From the NCBI GenBank assembly GCA_013239625.1, contig MU053934.1, forward strand, positions 6,714,399 to 6,778,398: a stretch of 64,000 bases of DNA. Reading direction: 5' to 3'. The first letter of the stretch is position 1; every line of letters begins with the position of its first letter. Made by a program: the position numbers and the translations under genes. Of the stretch, positions 52,296 through 64,000 are shown piece by piece. The notes below the pieces were generated by a model that saw nothing but the letters and a program-made list of their open reading frames with translations, did not search any database and had not been told where the DNA came from. The DNA comes from Lama guanicoe (lineage: Eukaryota).

Positions 52296-53299
52296 TCCAC
52301 CTCCCTCAGCCTGTGAGGAGAGGGGAGGAGAAGCGGGGGAATGTGGTACAGTGGAATCGTAAATCCGTTTTGGAAGAAGTGGGGACAGCAGGGAGAAGAG
52401 AAGAGCTTTCCTCATTAACAGGAAAAACAGCGGCTGGCACTTGGGGACGATTCCAGAGAGTGGGCTCAAGCCTGGTGAAGGGGGCAGGACAGGGCCCTCT
52501 GCCCAGTGACCCCCAGCACTGCCTGGCCAAGCCTTCATCTAGGGCTTCAGTTGAGGAACGAGTCCATGATGAGCCACCAGGCTGCGGGTGACCAGCTTCA
52601 CTCTATGAGACCCCAGGGCTTGGGAGGGCACTCTATTGCAAATGTCACAGAACCTCCAGTTCAGAAGCTGCCCTAAGAAAGGGACACTGGCCACTTCCAG
52701 GCCTGTGTGTGCAGGATACCCCTGATGCCCTGCATGGCCAGCTGGGACCTGGGGCCATAAAGTCAGTCAGGGGTGCCACCTGCCCAACAAGGTTCAGGCC
52801 CTGACATTCCCCTGGCCTGAGACTGATCCAGCTCTGTTCTAGGCATTCACCGACACCAGCTTCACTTCATGCCCTGGGAGGGGCGCTGGGGGTGCAGGAG
52901 GGCTGGAACACAGCCCGACCAGCAGGGAACCCCCGGGCTGGGTGGAGGAGGACAGATCAGGGTGCCAACAAGGTCCACACTGAGTGACATGAGCAAAAGG
53001 CTATGAGGGAACCAAACTGGTGTGTGATCTTTAGGAACAAAGTCAGAGAAGTCTTCCTGGAGGAGATGCTGGCCTGAGCTGAGACTTAAAGGGCGAGGAC
53101 TTGGCTAGGGGGTAGGGCATTCCAGGGAGCTAGCACAGCATAAATGAAGACCAGCATGGGTGTTCCTCTGGCCCTACCCTTGTGCCCCACAGGCAGGGAG
53201 ACCTGAGGGCTGGGCCCACCTGCCAGCGCTCCAAGCTCCAGCGATCCCAGCCAGCTCCTGCCTGGGCAGCCACAGGCAGCGATGGGGGCCTCACTGTGC

Positions 53300-53860
53300 G
53301 CGTCTGGAGGGGGACAGGGATTTAATTCCAGGTCTGTCTCTCTCCTGCACTCCATAGCCCTCTGGGCCTGGCCACATTGGGATCCAAATAGACTATGAGC
53401 AAGTCTCTTTCCTTTCTGAACTTCAGTTCCCTCCCCATAAAATGGGGACATTTACATGCACCCCAATGTTCGCAGCAGCATTATTTCCAACAGCCAAGAT
53501 AAAGATGTAACCTAAGTGTTCATCGACAGGCAAGTTGATAAAGATGATGTGGAGTATATATATCTGTGTATGTGTATCTATAGATGTATACATACATGAG
53601 GGACTACTACTCAGCCATAAAAAGGATGAAATTTTGCTATTTGCAACAACACGGATGGACTTGGAGGGTATTAGAGGGTATTAGAGAAAGAAAACTACTG
53701 TATGGTATCACTTAAGTGAGGAATTTAAAAAATAAACTAGTGGGTATAACAAAAAAGAAACAGACTCACACACACACAAAATAGGGACATTATTTGAGCC
53801 CAGAGAATCAAATGAGAGAACAGGTGGTCAATAAGCAGGTTTAAACTTTCTGCCGGTGCC
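53300..53860 (+). mobile_element. MIR interrupted by an L1 insertion
   Basis: The MIR core (gagcaagtctctttcctttctgaacttcagttccctccccataaaatgggga) breaks at 53452 and resumes after 53791 (gagaatcaaatgagagaa). Confidence 0.7.
53453..53777 (+). mobile_element. LINE-1 fragment (ORF2 end / start of 3' UTR, L1MA-like)
   Basis: tacatgcaccccaatgttcgcagcagcattattt...aacctaagtgttcatc...actactactcagccataaaaaggatgaaattttgctatttgcaacaacacggatggacttggagggtatta...gaaacagactcaca. Flanked by a 14-bp direct repeat. Confidence 0.9.
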
Positions 53861-56800
53861 AGGACATTATAACCATTATATCTCATTCTCATAAGTATCA
53901 GGATTCCCATTGTCTGGATGAAGAAACTGAGGCAGGGAGTGGACAACTGAATAAAGCATCAGGGCTGAGCTTTGAGCCCCTTCCTCACACCAGGCAGAGG
54001 TCTAGACGAATGCTCCCTGGTGGGCAGGCAAGGAAGCCACCTGAGAAGTCCTGGTTTTCTGGTCCCCAGAGGAGGGCCACGGGTGAGGCTGAGCAACTGG
54101 GCTCCCCTGGCCTGGCCTTTCCTGGGAAGCCTCGCTCTCCCTCCCGCTCATCCTGCCCCAATGCCCGGAATTCCTAGATCCTGCCCAAATGCAGGTTTCT
54201 CCCCTCCCCTGCTTACCACCCCCCACTCTCCCCCAAAGGCACAGTGAGCAGTGAGCCCTCAATTCCTCACGATCAAGCCCCTCAACTTCTCCACCCTCCT
54301 CTCTTCCACTCTTACCCCCAGTCACTCTGTTCCAGCCACACTGGCCTTTTCCTCAGACTCATCAACCACGTTCTGGCCCTCAGGGCTTCGCATGCACTGT
54401 CACCCATCTGAAATGCCTTTTTTCCCCAGAGAGCCATGGAACAGAGTGGTGAGAGTATGGATGATGGAGCCAGAAGGCCTAAGTTTGATGCCAGCTTTTC
54501 CACTTAGCAGCTGTTGGCCTTGGACACCATCTGCAAAATGGGCATGATGATTGCATGGCCTTGTTGTGCAGGTTAGATGAGTTAACATGTGCAGATCAAG
54601 GCCTTGGTCAGTCATGGTCAGTTAGTGCTACCATGACCATCACAGAGCCACGCAGCTGGCTCCCTACCTCCCTCAGGCCTCTGCCCTTTTCCCCAGCCCC
54701 CATGGCTGACCACCCCCCATCTAAGGCCCTACTCCTATCCCCCTACTCAGCTCTCCATTCCCCTCAAAGCCGTCCTGGCCTTGGCACCACCACCTGTCTG
54801 TCAGGTCAACATCCGTCCCCCACAGCACACTCTCTCGAGAAGGCAGGACAGTCAGTTGTGCTCCTGCTGGGTCTCCAGGCTGGGTGCACAGAAGGTGTTC
54901 AGCATGTGTCTGTGGATGCACGAGGTGGTGGACACAACTGGACATAAAGAACAATGGACACCTGACCCTTGGAGCCATCCCCAACCTGGATCCTGAGTTC
55001 ACCAGCCACACGGTGGCATCTGCAGCTTTGGGGTGACTCTGGCAGTGTGAACACCTGGCTTGCAGAAAATGCCTCTTGTAAGGGCTCACTGGAGGCTCCC
55101 CTTGACCCAGCCAGCCCCCAGGACCAGGCACACTCACAGCTGTGTCTGTCCATGTGCATGGCCATCCCTACTCCCCCACCGCCCCGGTAATGTACACACA
55201 GCCTCCCAGGAAACTGCAAAAAATGAGTTAATGTAACATTATGGCTGAGAATTTAAATACACAGGAGTCAGGCAACGCAGACTTACAGTTCCCCAAGCAA
55301 CTGTAAAAACCGCACAAGCAATTCAGGAGCGAGGGCTAGGATGGGATTTAAGGCCTTCTCGTTCAGACACAGACCTGGGGGCTGCGGCACCCTGACCTGC
55401 CGGTGACGGACAGAGGCTTCAGACAGACTGTCCTTCGGAGCACAAGGAAGCACAAGGCACCAGGGACACACAACTCAGGCCACGTGGCTCATGGATACGG
55501 CCTCTTTGAGGACATAAGGGAGGCACCAGCCGGAGCTGAAAGGAGGACCCCTGCCCCACAGCCCTATGAGCTAGGTCCCTGTCTCCCCGAGCTCTGGCCG
55601 CACTCGCACCCCCACCCCAGCTTCTAAGGCCAGCTCCCTCTAAGGACTCAGGACCCACATGCAGTGACTCCCCCGTCCTCTCTGCAGAGGCACGTCCCAT
55701 TGGGCAGCTTCCCAGGGCTCCTGTCCCCTCTTCAGTGAAACAGATTCTTGTCTATGATGACTGATGCCAGAAGACTGGCTCTGGGGCCCTGCTGGGTTTA
55801 CATCCAAACCCCCTCCCTAGGAGAACTGAGACCTTGGGCAAGTGGCTGGCTCAATATGCCTGTTTCCTCAAGCACATGGGGGCACTGGTCCTTCACAGGA
55901 CTGGGACACCTGGATGAGTTCATACAGGTGAAATATTTAGGACAAAGCCCGCACGTAGCAAGTGCTCGGTAAACAGAAGCACTTATTATTGTTATTGTTA
56001 GTTTTCCTTCCAATTCAAAAAGAATCCAAGGAAGCACAAAACACAGACCATGGCCCTTTAAGTGAGGGAAGTGGAGTGAAGAATTCATTCATCCACTTAG
56101 TAAAGGCTGCTTGAGAGCTTAGTGTGTGTCGGGCCGCATTCTGGGCCCTGAGGGGCAGCTGTGAACACTCAGAAGATACACAAGATGACTCTGGGGTAAG
56201 TGAGTCCCAATACACACCCTAAGATCCTCTTAAAGGCTGGCTGCAAATCTGGCTTGGGGCGTCCCAGCAGCCGTCACACACGCAGGGGTGGGGGTGGGGG
56301 TTGGCTGGAAGATGTCAGAGCAACAGCCAGCCCTTTGCTTGATCATGACATCAAACCTCAGCAAGGAGGGTCCAGGGGCTCTCTGGGGAGGACGCAGGGA
56401 GGGACTTTCCATGGGAGAGACGGGGCCTGAACTGGGCTGGGACAGGCTGGGGAGAGGTAAGGACAGACGTTCATTCCTTCACCGGGGAAGCATTCATTCA
56501 GCACCGAGCATGTAAGCAGCACGTGTTAGTGTTGAGGGAATGAGTGAGTGAATAAATGAAGAGGTGAATGAATGAGAGAATGCAGGTGCACTCTGTGAAT
56601 CCAGATTCAGATCACTTACCCAGCTCAGTTTTCTTCCCCTACTGGACAAACCCAACCAAGGACGTCTGAGCTCCAGGACCCAAGTCCAGGGGCCTCATGA
56701 AGGCTTGGGCAGCAGCCTCTCTCACAGCCAGAAGAGGACAGGGCCAGCACCGGGGGGCCACTCAGACGAGAGCAGCTGTGTTCTGAGGACGCTGGAGCTG

Positions 56801-57414
56801 AGAGGTCGCCAGAGGTCATCCAGCTCAAGCTACTGGCACCACAAGGGGAGTGTGTGTTCAGGTGAGGGGACAGAACGACAGTGAGAAAGGTGGGGGTGTC
56901 ACCCTCGGTCAGTCAGGGATGACCTCCCTGAGGAGGTAACAGTGGAGCTGAACCATGCACAGCCCTGGAGTGAGAGGCTTCCAGGCAGAGGATTCTGCAA
57001 ACGCAAAGGAACAGGAACAGGAACAAACCTGACCTGATGGAGGAACAGGAGACACAGGGGAGGTGAGCACCAAGCAAGGTGAGCAGGGGCGAGACCAGAA
57101 CCAGGTCTCCTGACCCTGGCAGATGGGCCACGTGCAGCCAAGTTTTCTTCACTGAGGCAGAAACAGGGGAAAAGCAGAGAAGCAGGGGGCACCGTGGTTC
57201 AGAGCACAGACCCCAGAGCCAGAGGTCAGGCTTAAAGCCAGCTCTGAGCCTCAGTTTCCTCATCTGTAAAATGGGGAAGACAACTGGACCAAATTCAGGA
57301 GGCTGATGTGGGGGTAAACAAGTCAACATGCACCGCAGAAGGCAGTGCGGGGGGGGCACTGTTATTATTATTATGGGAAGGGGCACAGACCAAGGGAAAC
57401 GAGGACGTGGGAGG

Positions 57415-57600
57415 GAGGAGGACAAATTAGCCAGCAACGGTAACAAGTAAACATTAATTAATTTCACCAGGCCTGATAAGGCGTTGAGAGAAATTGAAGC
57501 TGGGAAACAAACAGTAGTGATAACACAAATAACCTACAATTGAGAAAATAATCACCATTTGTTCTGAATCGTGCAGTTTGCTAATGACCCTCCACAGCCA
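57415..57600. promoter_or_regulatory. Candidate enhancer (AT-rich island with FOX, homeodomain and GATA motifs)
   Basis: GTAAACA at 57447-57453, ATTAATTAAT at 57453-57462, TGATAAG at 57474-57480, AAACAAACA at 57505-57513 and TGATAA at 57518-57523. Confidence 0.5.
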
Positions 57601-58899
57601 CTGTCTCAGGTGATCTCTGGGCCACCTGGACAGTATTATTATCCCTACTTTGCAGGTGAGGACACCAAGGCCTAGAGGGGCCACAAGATTGGCCCCGCGT
57701 GCCTGTGGATGAGGAAAGACCAGAGGAACCCCAGCCTGGTTCGCTCCTGGTCCCTAGCCCAGTCCTTTGCCCTGTGCTCTGCACAGGGCTGGACTCAGGA
57801 ACAAATGCTGAATAGACAAATGAATGAATGAGCAGATGTCAAGCAAACATGGGCCAGATCTCACACTGGCAGCCCCAGTTTCAGGCCCCTCAGCCGGCCC
57901 TCCCTGACCACACCCCTGCTTCTCCTCCCCGCTGGGCACATGGACACTCACTGAAGCCATTGGAAGGTCCCGGGGACAGTAGTTATCAGTCTCTGGGCTC
58001 CCCAGGCAAAGGAATGTTCCTTCCCCAGGAGCCCAGGAGAGCAGCAGCCACCCCCAGGCCGGCCTTGAGACGGAGAACCTCCAGGAAAAGGACCTCCACA
58101 GTGTCCCCGTGTCTGCCTCCTCCTCCTCACCTCACCACGCGGGGCCTCTGGGGCCGCGCAACACCGTTTCTCGCCCAGCAAACTCTGATTTCCCCTCCAT
58201 GGGCATCACTGAGAGACAGGGGCTGGCACCAGCCCTAACTGTACACAGTGGTGGGTCACACTGGCTGGGGCCAAGGAGAGGCAAAAAGGGCTGAAGATTT
58301 CATCCAGTCCTGCTGGTGTCTGTGCAGCGTCACAGGCTCAGGCGTCGTGTAGGTTTCAGGTGGGCAGAACACCATGGCCTTGCCCTCAGGGAGCTCACAC
58401 TCCAGACCAGGGTCAAAGCTGGGCGCCAGTGACCATGGCAATGGCTTGCACCCGAGGAAAGAGCCTCGAAGCTAGAAGGACAGAGAACATTCGCCCACCA
58501 GGGCTTCGAGAAGCTGTGGTAGAGCCAAGACGGCCTTGGACAGAGAAGAGGGCACGCCCGGCAGAAGGGCCTGCAGGCCCGGGGTCTGAAGATGCATGGG
58601 TGCCTGGGCATGGAGGCTGTGGTATGCAAGGCGCCATGTTCAGAGCCCCAGTTCTGCCACTTACCGCCTGCAGGCCTGTGCACCTCATGAGCCTCCATCT
58701 CTCAGGCTGAAAGTGGTGACTGGGAGTCCTACCAGGGTTGCTGTGGGCGTCAGAGGCACAGAAGGGCCAAGGCTGCTGTTTCTCCCATCCTTGACGAGAT
58801 TAAGCCCTTGGCGCCTAACTGTTGACGACATTAAGATGCCTGTCATGGTGCACCATCCAGACTCCTTTCAGGGCCACCATGTAGGTTCCCCAGCTGCCA

Positions 58900-59200
58900 G
58901 GGTGATGGTGGCTGGGGGCTCACAGCCATGTTCCTTGGCAGAAAGGAGCCCCACTTCGAGGCCTGCCCTCCCACAGGATAGCTGTACCAGTGATCAGTCA
59001 ATGCAGGGTTCAGTCTGGGACAGCTGAGCAGCAGGCTCACCCCAGCTCTGGAGTGCACACGGGGTCCTAAGGCCTCGGTTGTGACTGCATCGCAGCCTGA
59101 TCTCATCCCATGTCCTGGACAAGCATTGTTCCAAGAGTGCTCCCTCAGTAAGCTTCCCGCACAGACACTTTAGAGTCTGTTTCTGGTGAAGCCAAACCAT
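58900..59200 (+). mobile_element. Old ERVL-type solo LTR fragment (LTR16-like)
   Basis: gtgactgcatcgcagc...ccaagagtgctccctcagtaagcttcccgcac...tttagagtctgtttctgg resembles the 3' part of LTR16-family LTRs. The 5' boundary is uncertain. Confidence 0.5.
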
Positions 59201-61409
59201 GACAACATCCCCTCCCATCTCGGCTGGGGCCCGAGGCCATGTAGCAAATCCCCAGAAGATGTGAAACGTTCACCTTTGCCTTATGCGATTCTGCAGCCTC
59301 ACCTCCAGCAGACATTGCGACGTGCATCAAACATACTGCTCTAAGTTGAGGTGTGTGCTGGTGCCCTGCTGGCCGATGCCAGGTTCAGGGCGAGGACAGG
59401 GGACATCACCGAATGCACCTCCAGCACCATCCGGGGAAGGAGCACTGGATTCAGAGCCTCATGGCAGCATCCCCAGTTGGGCTGCCCCAGGCCAGAACTT
59501 CACCCCTCTGGGCCTCAGTTTCCTCACCTATGAGACCACAGCTGTGGGTTGGTCCAAGCTTTTAAGCTGGCAGAGAGATACCACATTCACTCTCCAAGGT
59601 GGCCTGCTCAGCTTCCACAGAGGAACCCAGAGAAGGCACATGATCTGCCCAACGTCACACAGCTGGGTGACCCCAGAACTGCCACTGTGGGCACAGCCCG
59701 CCCTGCTGTGCTAGAGCCACTCAGCCCTTCAGTCAGTCCTTTAACAAGCACTTACCAATGTCTTTCCTGGTGAGGAAAGTGCAGCCCTTTCTCCACAGCC
59801 TGAAATGAATCCCTGTGGCATCGGATCAGGAAAGAGAAAGGAATGAATGTGTATGAAATGCCTGCTATATGCCAGGTATGTCCCCAAGGGACCCTAACCC
59901 TCTTGACAGTTGCATGAGGCAAGTGGCGCTACCACAGCTTAGAGGGAAGGGGCGGAGGCACAGAGCTGTCACAGAGCCAGGCCGGGCTTCACTCCACATC
60001 TGACTCCGAGGTCGGCGCCGCTGCGGTGGGGCTGCAGGGAAGTCCTAGCCACAGTGTCTGAGAACACTGCTGCTGGATGCAACCTCTCCTGACGTCTCCA
60101 GGTGGGGAGAGGTCTTGTGCTGAAGGAACAGAAGAGGGAGTGGTGGGCACCTGCCATGGCCCTCAGAAGACCTTGAGGGCACCTCTCTCCTTGGCTATGA
60201 ATTCACCTTTCCCCGACCTGTCAATCAGATGGAAGCCAAAGGTGGGGGGCACAGGCCTCCCCAAGCACCTACAGAGGGTGAGTGAGAATCCTGGGAAAAG
60301 GGAGAGGGAGGAAGGCTCACGAATTTCCTGAGTGGGACCTTCAGGGCCATGGCTGGGAGTGGGGACCTCACACAGGCATTTCACACACACATTTTCACAC
60401 TGAGTCCACACATTCAGGCTCTGATGCAGGGAGTGAGCCCATTTTATAGATGGGGAAACAGAGGTAACTTCCCTACCCAAGAGAACACACAGAGGAAGGG
60501 GTGGGCCATGAACCCTGAGATTTCCAGGCTTGGGGCTATGAGGACTTCCCAGATTCACAGAATCCAGAAGTACACCTGAAGTGACCACTCCCCAGCTTAA
60601 ACCAACTCCCTGGAGGTCCTGCCTCATCAGGTACCACATCTCTGCCTCCATATCTTCTTGCTCCAACCACACATTCCACCTTTCACTTATTCAGATATAG
60701 GCACTCTCTACCATAGGGCCTTTGCGCACACCTTCCCTAGGCTTGACACTCAAGTTCTCTGCTTCGACCCATTTGATTCCTCTCTCTCTCCCATCGTAAC
60801 TCTGGGCTTCCTCCTCTAGGACACCTCCCTGATCTCCCTAGTCTTTGCAGCCTTGTCTCTGTTGCAGTGTTATTTTAGTATCTGTGAGCATCTAATTTGC
60901 CATTCCTGTTGTTGGGGCAGGCCCTGGCTTCTCCTAGGTGAATGAATGCATCTTTTCCACTCACACTCCCAGGCCTGGCCTGGAGAGGTTGTGAGCTGCT
61001 CTCTCTGCAGAAAGCCCGCACCTCTGCACCTCTCTGTCTGCTCTGCCCACATGTTCCCTTCAGCCAGGCTGAACAATCCCCCCTGCAGAGCCCAGCTCTC
61101 CAGAAGCTGTTTCTCAGCAAATGACCAGGGTATCCTGGGAAGGCAGATGGCCCAGAGCCTTGGCCTCCTTGAGGGGTGTCTGGGAGGGCTTTCTTAAGGC
61201 AGGACAGGGCGGGTGCCTTCAGGATCCAGGTACCTGACGGCCCTGAGGCCCAGTCCTCACCAAGGGTGTGTGTGAAGGCAACTCGGCCCCAGGACACCAG
61301 CAGCACTCAACCCACATTCTCGAGGACAGCTCCCACTCCACAACCCACCCTGCACCTGGTCTGGTCACCTGCCTTCCTCCCTTTCGTAATTCCTGTCTCT
61401 TGGTTACAA

Positions 61410-61612
61410 GACCAGTCCTTAACTTTAGACTGTCCAGGATCAAACCCAGCTCACTCACTTCCTGGCTGTGTGACCCTGTGCAAGTCACTTAACCTTTCTG
61501 GGTCTTAGTTTCTTCATGTGTAAAATGGGGAGAGAGACCATAGTTGGGTTGTGGGTTGGGGTCAAGGTGATGATATACGTGAAATGCTTAGCCTGGGCCC
61601 AGCACGTGGCAA
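61410..61612 (+). mobile_element. MIR SINE
   Basis: agactgtccaggatcaaacccagctc...cttcctggctgtgtgaccctgtgcaagtcacttaacctttctgggtcttagtttcttcatgtgtaaaatgggg. Confidence 0.85.
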
Positions 61613-63269
61613 AGGTCTGACATGCCTCCAGGAGCATCTCTGTTCACTCTCACTGAATTCATTCACTGTGGCCTGTTCCAGAGCCCAGAGGAGGCCTGTG
61701 ATGCAGGCCTCAGCCAGGGAAGGGCATACCAGGTGGGAGAAACAACATGAGCACAGGCTGGGGGAGGCGGAATCATGAGTTTTCCAGTGCTCTTTGCCCA
61801 TCCTCGCCAAGGATGGAGTCCAGCCCATGCCTCCCTGCCCACCATTCGTGGGGCCTGAGATGCCTGGAGTACTTGACCACAGGCCTGGAGCAAGCTGGGC
61901 CCACTCTGCCCACACCTGCGTCCCACCAGCCACCCCCCCTAACCTCGGGCTCACTCCACATCCCTCCTTTGGCAGCCTCACCTCCCTCCATCTTGCTCTG
62001 AGCAGGGCAGAGATCTGGTGGGGCCTCCCAGAGGCAGGCAAGAGGCGGGCGAATCTGATAAACTAGTTCTTTTCCAGAGCCACTGCCTCCCCGGGCAGAC
62101 GGCAGTGGCAACAGCGACAGCAGCAGTCACACCACGCAGCAGTGCTAAGGAGGGAGCAGAGCAGTGGGAATTCCTCCCTCCCTGCAGTGAGGCCATAAAC
62201 CCGTCCCTCATCCCAGCTCTCAGGCTGCCAAGGGCTGCTCCCGTCTGCCCAGCAGCGGGGATGAGCGCCTGTCGAGTCTGGCACACACCTGCTTCAGAGT
62301 GGCCACAGGACAGATGGCTGTGTAGGACCCAGGGCCCCACACTCCCCGCAGGAGGAAGAAGCTGTGGTTATTCAGGGCAGAGTAAGGAGAGCAGGGGGAC
62401 AAAGTGAGGAGGGGAGTGGGGGATGAGGATGGGAGGGATGGGCCAGAATGCTGGGCCAGAATGTGGCTTCGTGCTGTGGCAGCAGGGGGCCATGGACGGT
62501 ACTGGGAGGAGGGAGTATGGAGACAAAAACTGGGAACAGGATGGCCACAATAGACACATGGGGAAAGCTACCCAGGAGGCCAGGGCAGGGACACAGCGGG
62601 GTAGAGACAGGACCTAGCTTTAGGTGGTGGCAGAGAAAACTGGAAAGCAGCCAAGGGCTGTCCATGGGGGAGGCCAGTACCCTCCCACACTCACCCTCCT
62701 GAGTCCCCTCCCTTCACCTCCCCCTACCATTCCCTGATCCAAGCCAAGCCCTCAGAAAAGGGTAGCCACAAACTGGTTGGAAATGTCTAAGTGGGTGGCA
62801 GAGAAAGTATAGGCTCAGGAGCTACGAGCTCCTAGCTTCTATACAGGTCCTGCCCCAGAGTAACAGGAAACTTACTCACTGTTCAGAGGCCCCAGGCCGC
62901 CTGCTGGCCCCCCTCCCCCACCCTCCTCCACTGTGTAAGGGCTTAAGCCCTGGACAGCATCCCAGGCCCCAGCTCAGCCCCCTCCTCATCTGAGTGCCCT
63001 GTGGACTCTAACACACTGAGCTGACAGCTCCTGGTCCAGGGCCTCTCAGAGGGCCCACAAGTAGACCTGAGGCTGCAGAGGCCTACAGGTTACCACTTTC
63101 CCATGATGTGGGCCTCAGTTTCCCCATCTGCAGCATGGAGCAATGATCCTTTCTTCCAGTTTGTCAGAAAGGTTAAATGAAAGGTCACACAGTGAACTTG
63201 CCCAGCACAGGGCATGAACTAAGACCCTTCCCTGGGAGGCACTGACACCTTCAGCATGTCACCAGATGA

Positions 63270-63545
63270 CTCACATTCCTCCCTAGCACCACACTCTCCC
63301 TTCTACCTCAGGGCCTTTGCACATGCTGTTCCTCCTGCCTGGAACACTCTTCCCTGTGTCCCTCTCTCCTCTGGTTGTTCTGGACTCTGTTGCCACCTCC
63401 TCCAGGAAGTCCTCCCTGGCTCACCAGATGAGGTCTAGGTCCCATGAGTTTCTCTCACTAGAACGCAAACTTCATGAAGACAGGATGGTGACTGGCTTGC
63501 CCACTGCTGTGTGTTCTTATAAATATTTGCTGAATGAATGAGACA
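63270..63545 (+). mobile_element. L2 3' end
   Basis: cctcagggcctttgcacatgctgttcctcctgcctggaacactcttcc...cctcctccaggaagtcctccctg...taaatatttgctgaatgaatga. Confidence 0.85.
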
Positions 63546-64000
63546 CAATGACAATCATGCAGACCTTCAGTGACAACACAGGGCCATCGGGTGATGGGGC
63601 CTGTCTTGAGGGCTGTGGGTGCCTGTCGAGGCCTCTGACTCAGACGGCAGACTCTAAGAAGGATTCCCAGAGAAGGTGACTCATTGGCCTGAAGTCTGAG
63701 ACTTAAAGATACAAAGAATACCCACTTTACAGATGGGGAAGCTGAGGTCTAGAGTTGGGGGCTGCCCTATAAGTAACCTGAGAAGCTGCCCCGCTCCACT
63801 GTCCAAGGTTCTGCCAGTCCCTTAGCCCCGGGTGGCCATCCCACTCCCCTGGGACTGCCCCACAGCCCACCCAGGGTGGTCTCCTCTCCCAGCCACCCTG
63901 GTAGCAGGGCTACTTGGGGCTTGGTGGTGCTGGGCATGCGCTTGCACGGCTGAGTTGGGCAGCTGGCAGTAGCGCAGCTCCAAACCAGCTGTTTGGATGA

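Noticed and set aside
56490..56515. REST/RE1-like TTCAGCACC
   Set aside because: Only the left half-site is present, and it lies in L2-tail-like sequence.
1..64000. CRISPR array, operon, tRNA/rRNA or other prokaryote-type system
   Set aside because: None seen. Recurrent motifs such as gaggaaactgaggc are dispersed MIR cores, not regularly spaced repeats, and tRNA-like box-B text belongs to MIR heads.

Overview
This window is mammalian (eutherian) non-coding genomic DNA, not microbial. I can support no protein-coding gene body: the ORF track consists of GC-rich, low-complexity, repeat-derived or gap-spanning ORFs. The left ~6 kb is AT-richer and looks like intron 1 of a minus-strand gene. That gene's CpG-island promoter and first exon lie at ~6.3-8.1 kb, with splice donor CAG|GTAACC at 7289/7288 and the TSS probably inside the 222-N gap at 7419-7640. 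A second CpG-rich promoter at ~19.9-20.9 kb has three CRE-like sites and its own minus-strand donor (AAG|GTAACG at 20441/20440), preceded by a Kozak ATG, so it may be an alternative upstream first exon. The rest is GC-rich intergenic DNA crowded with ancient MIR and L2 copies, plus an L1 fragment with a visible target-site duplication and an ERVL-type LTR. I recognised no young lineage-specific SINE. Several repeat-free islands carry dense TF-motif clusters (POU/LHX/RFX/SOX, K50 homeodomain, FOX/GATA, TCF/LEF) that look like developmental enhancers. I could not name the gene and found no evidence of a novel coding system. Repeat boundaries are approximate, and all family and motif calls were made by eye.
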